Of a DNA stretch of 64,000 nt, positions 61,279 to 64,000 are shown piece by piece. The translations under genes and the position numbers were made by a program. Position 1 is the stretch's first letter. Every line of letters begins with the position of its first letter. The notes beneath the pieces were generated by a model that made no database searches, was not told the origin of the DNA, and was given only the letters and a program-made list of their open reading frames with translations. Source of the DNA: Blastocatellia bacterium UBA7656 (GTDB taxonomy: Bacteria; Acidobacteriota; Blastocatellia; UBA7656). The stretch is taken from positions 9,149 to 73,148 of the forward strand of contig DLHY01000054.1 of NCBI GenBank assembly GCA_002483445.1. Direction: 5' to 3'.

Positions 61279-62166
61279 TCACTCACTGCCTGCTACGGGA
61301 ACCCATAGCACGGCGCGGCGCGTGACCTGTATGTTGCCGGGCTGAAGACCTATCTCGAATATGCCATACTCGTTTGCCAGCGCGGTGTACTCTTCATAGA
61401 GATTATGCAGCGCGTGGCTTGCTTCCTGTTCCAGTCGGCGCAGGTCTTCATGAAGCTCGGCTTCATCCCAGGGCGAATCCATATCAGACTGATCTTCCTT
61501 CGCGCCCAGCAACGACCCGGCGAGAGTCGAAAACATCCCGGCCAGACGGTTTTCACTTTGAAACAATTGAAGCTTTTGCGAAATGAAGCTTTCGAAGCTC
61601 AACCCTTCGGCCCGCTCCCCTTCGGACGAGTGAACCTCGCGTATCTGTTCAAGCTGCAGTTCGAATTTGTTGCGGAGGCTTCTCAGTTCCGGCCCTACGC
61701 GACCCAGCGCGGCTTCGGCCACGCGGGACAGGAAATCTTCCAGTTCTTCGTCAGGCGCGGCGAACAGCCCGAACACCGGATTGAAAAACACTTTGAGCCG
61801 CTCCGAGCGCGCCAGTTTATCGATAAGCTCGGTTTCGAACTGAGAGATATGCTCGCGGGTGGTCAGGTAATTCCCCGGTTTGTAAATAGCGTCCGGGGGC
61901 TGAGCGGATGAAGCGGTCGCGTTTTCGTCAAAGGTGACGGCGGGCGAGTCCCAGTCAAGGGGAAGCTCTCCTTCAGGAAGCCACGCGGTATAGGTTCGCT
62001 CTTCGGAATGATTGAGTCCGGCGCGCAGGCTGCGAAAATTTACCGAGCAATCGATGAGCGCGGCGGGCCTATAGACTGGCTCGGCAAAATCCTCCGCTCC
62101 GGCATAGCGGAACCAGAGTTCGACGACGCCTTCAACTCGGAGTTTGGGTGAGGGCTGCCCGGTCAT
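61279..62166 (-). CDS. Hypothetical protein, possibly resembling the C-terminal region of large DUF87/HerA-like ATP-binding proteins
   Basis: PVYRPAAL...FNPVFGLFAAPDEELEDFLSRV, coiled coil, ends AVLWVP; no Walker motifs. Confidence 0.5.
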   Translation of the reverse strand: MTGQPSPKLRVEGVVELWFRYAGAEDFAEPVYRPAALIDCSVNFRSLRAGLNHSEERTYTAWLPEGELPLDWDSPAVTFDENATASSAQPPDAIYKPGNYLTTREHISQFETELIDKLARSERLKVFFNPVFGLFAAPDEELEDFLSRVAEAALGRVGPELRSLRNKFELQLEQIREVHSSEGERAEGLSFESFISQKLQLFQSENRLAGMFSTLAGSLLGAKEDQSDMDSPWDEAELHEDLRRLEQEASHALHNLYEEYTALANEYGIFEIGLQPGNIQVTRRAVLWVPVAGSE

Positions 62167-62177
62167 AAAGATGAAAA

Positions 62178-62245
62178 CTTGTCCCGTGTCATTTGTCCCT
62201 TGTCAAAGAGCTAAGGACGAATGACAAGGGACAAATGACAAAGGG
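62178..62245. repeat. Heptamer (TGTCCCT/TGTCATT) tandem-inverted palindrome
   Basis: tgtcatttgtcccttgtca...tgacaagggacaaatgaca. Confidence 0.8.
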
Positions 62246-62989
62246 TCACTCATTGCTCATAGCCATCTCGGCTGATTGTTGCGGTTCATTGCGATAGAAG
62301 AGAATACGTCCGCAGCTTTCGCAGGTGATCATCTGATCGCCTCGGCGCACATCGCTGAAAACCTTTGGCCGGACTTTCATTCTGCAAGCGGTGCAAACGC
62401 CGTCGATGATTTCAGACAACGCCTGCCCTCGCTTGGTTCGGGACATCCGGTCGTAGATCGAAAACAGACTTCTGGGAAGTTTTTCGCAAAGCTGACGGCG
62501 GCGATTTTCAAGCTCGACGGACAGCCTCAGTGATTCTTCGCGCTCGCGGTCCAGCGAAGCGAGAGTCGTATCGACTTCGCCGCGTTTGGTTTCTATAGCG
62601 GGAGCCTGAACCTTCAACTCAGATTCCATCTGCTCGATCTCTTCCATGCGCTTGAGGGTTTCGGTTTCGAGCGAACTGATGAGTTTTTTCGAGGCATCGA
62701 TTTCGCGCAGGACTGCGGTGTATTCCTTCTCATTATTGACGCGCATCTTGTCCTGTTGAAATTTTTCGTGCTTTTGTTGTGTGTCTGCCAGGTCGGCTTC
62801 CAGTTGTTTACGGTCTTTGAGGGTTTGCTCGTATCTGTTTTTCAGTGCCAGGAACTCTGCCGCAAACTGGTTGAACTCGTTTTCTATCTGCTCCCGTTCA
62901 ACGGGTATCTTCGCCAGTCTCTCAGTAATGCGCAATATATCAAGGTCGAGTTCCTGGAGCTCGATGAGCTGACTCAATTCTGGGCTCAC
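62246..62989 (-). CDS. Coiled-coil plus C4 zinc-ribbon protein (DUF164/CT398-like)
   Basis: LIELQELD, long coiled coil, CTAC...CESCGRIL. Confidence 0.9.
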   Translation of the reverse strand: MSPELSQLIELQELDLDILRITERLAKIPVEREQIENEFNQFAAEFLALKNRYEQTLKDRKQLEADLADTQQKHEKFQQDKMRVNNEKEYTAVLREIDASKKLISSLETETLKRMEEIEQMESELKVQAPAIETKRGEVDTTLASLDREREESLRLSVELENRRRQLCEKLPRSLFSIYDRMSRTKRGQALSEIIDGVCTACRMKVRPKVFSDVRRGDQMITCESCGRILFYRNEPQQSAEMAMSNE

Positions 62990-63149
62990 AGGCGTCCTCC
63001 AACTTTATTCCTCGCCAGTCTACTACATCCAATCGCGATACTCAAGCAGTCCGTCTGAGCCATCGGCCCGAAAGTTCAAACTCATCAGTATTGCCTGCCG
63101 ACAGAGCGTAAGTTAGAATCTCTTTGCGCAAAATTTTTCGGAGGCAGAC

Positions 63150-63656
63150 ATGAAAATTTTTCTGACAGCTATCTTCCTCATCGCCTGCTCGATGCCGGCG
63201 CTCTCCATCGATCAGCAAGGCGATGATCTCAGGGTGATGCCGAAAATAAGCCTTCAGGACTTTGACGGAAAGACCGTCCAAAGCGATCAGTTCAAAGGCA
63301 GTATCGTCATCGTAGACCTGTGGGCCACCTGGTGCGGCCCATGCATCGCCGAAATTCCGGAGTACAACCGCCTCCAGGAAAAATACGCCGAGAAAGGCGT
63401 CAAGCTGGTGGGCGTGACTATGGCATCCGGCAAGGCGAAGGAGGTCAAACCTTTTATTGAACGCCACCAGATGAAATACACCATCCTGATGGGCGACGAC
63501 GATCAGGGCTACGAACTCAACATCGTGGGATTTCCCACCACTTACCTTGTGACAAGAGACTGGAAAATATTCCGCAAGTACGTCGGCGCAGGGCCGAGCA
63601 AGATCGCGCGACTCGAAGCCGATATCGAAAAACTTCTGGAGATGGAAAAGCAGTAG
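63150..63656 (+). CDS. TlpA/ResA-like thiol-disulfide oxidoreductase
   Basis: Signal peptide; WATWCGPC; GFPTTY. Confidence 0.92.
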   Translation: MKIFLTAIFLIACSMPALSIDQQGDDLRVMPKISLQDFDGKTVQSDQFKGSIVIVDLWATWCGPCIAEIPEYNRLQEKYAEKGVKLVGVTMASGKAKEVKPFIERHQMKYTILMGDDDQGYELNIVGFPTTYLVTRDWKIFRKYVGAGPSKIARLEADIEKLLEMEKQ

Positions 63657-63737
63657 AGAGAAGTTTGGAGTCCAGGCTCCGGATCATCTGATTTCAAAAC
63701 CTGCAACCTGAAAAGCGAATTGTAAATACGGCATTGA

Positions 63738-64000
63738 CTAGCCGCGACCAGTTGCCGCTTTGCGAGCTTTCAGCGCAGGTTTTTGTGAACGCTGGCGACG
63801 ATGTTTGGCTCCCATCATACGACCGTTCTGATAGTATTTCTCGACGCGCTTTGAAAGCGTGTTGCGGTGAATGCGCAGTTCTTCGGCGGCTTTTGAAAGA
63901 TTTCCGTTGGTTCGTTTAAGCACGGCGAGTATGAAGTGCTTTTCAAATTCCGCCACCGCATCTTCGAAGAAAATTCCTCCATCTACCATCTCTGCCACCA
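63738..64000 (-). CDS. Small Fis-family HTH protein (5' end outside the window)
   Basis: FEKHFILAVLKRTNGNLSKAAEELRIHRNTL. Confidence 0.85.
   Translation of the reverse strand, partial: VAEMVDGGIFFEDAVAEFEKHFILAVLKRTNGNLSKAAEELRIHRNTLSKRVEKYYQNGRMMGAKHRRQRSQKPALKARKAATGRG

Overview
Bacterial chromosomal window whose gene content (Oar-type TonB receptor, PEGA/TPR proteins, zf-HC2/TPR protein, short tandem-repeat palindromes) suggests Acidobacteriota, probably Blastocatellia-like (inference). Positions 1-~15400 look like the right part of an element integrated in comM: a comM 3' remnant starts at its NPCPCG motif at 15399. That segment carries one co-directional chemosensory cluster (EAL, REC, coiled-coil-GAF, cheD, cheA, MCP, cheW, cheR, cheB) with a TonB_C / TBDR / TBDR / TonB_C module between cheA and the MCP, which is the best candidate for an undescribed trans-envelope signalling system. 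The rest is mostly core chromosome (glpK, xseA, rnpB, Klenow-like polA, pepP, phytase, nth, queF, nadK). Other notable items: an S8 protease with hexapeptide C-terminal repeats next to two paralogous membrane HD-GYP proteins with shared sigma54-like and enhancer-like upstream motifs; a hidden UGA-readthrough (selenocysteine) rhodanese missed by the ORF track; an RNase P RNA with unusual insertions; and many short-repeat palindromes. All calls come from manual motif recognition; no searches were run.
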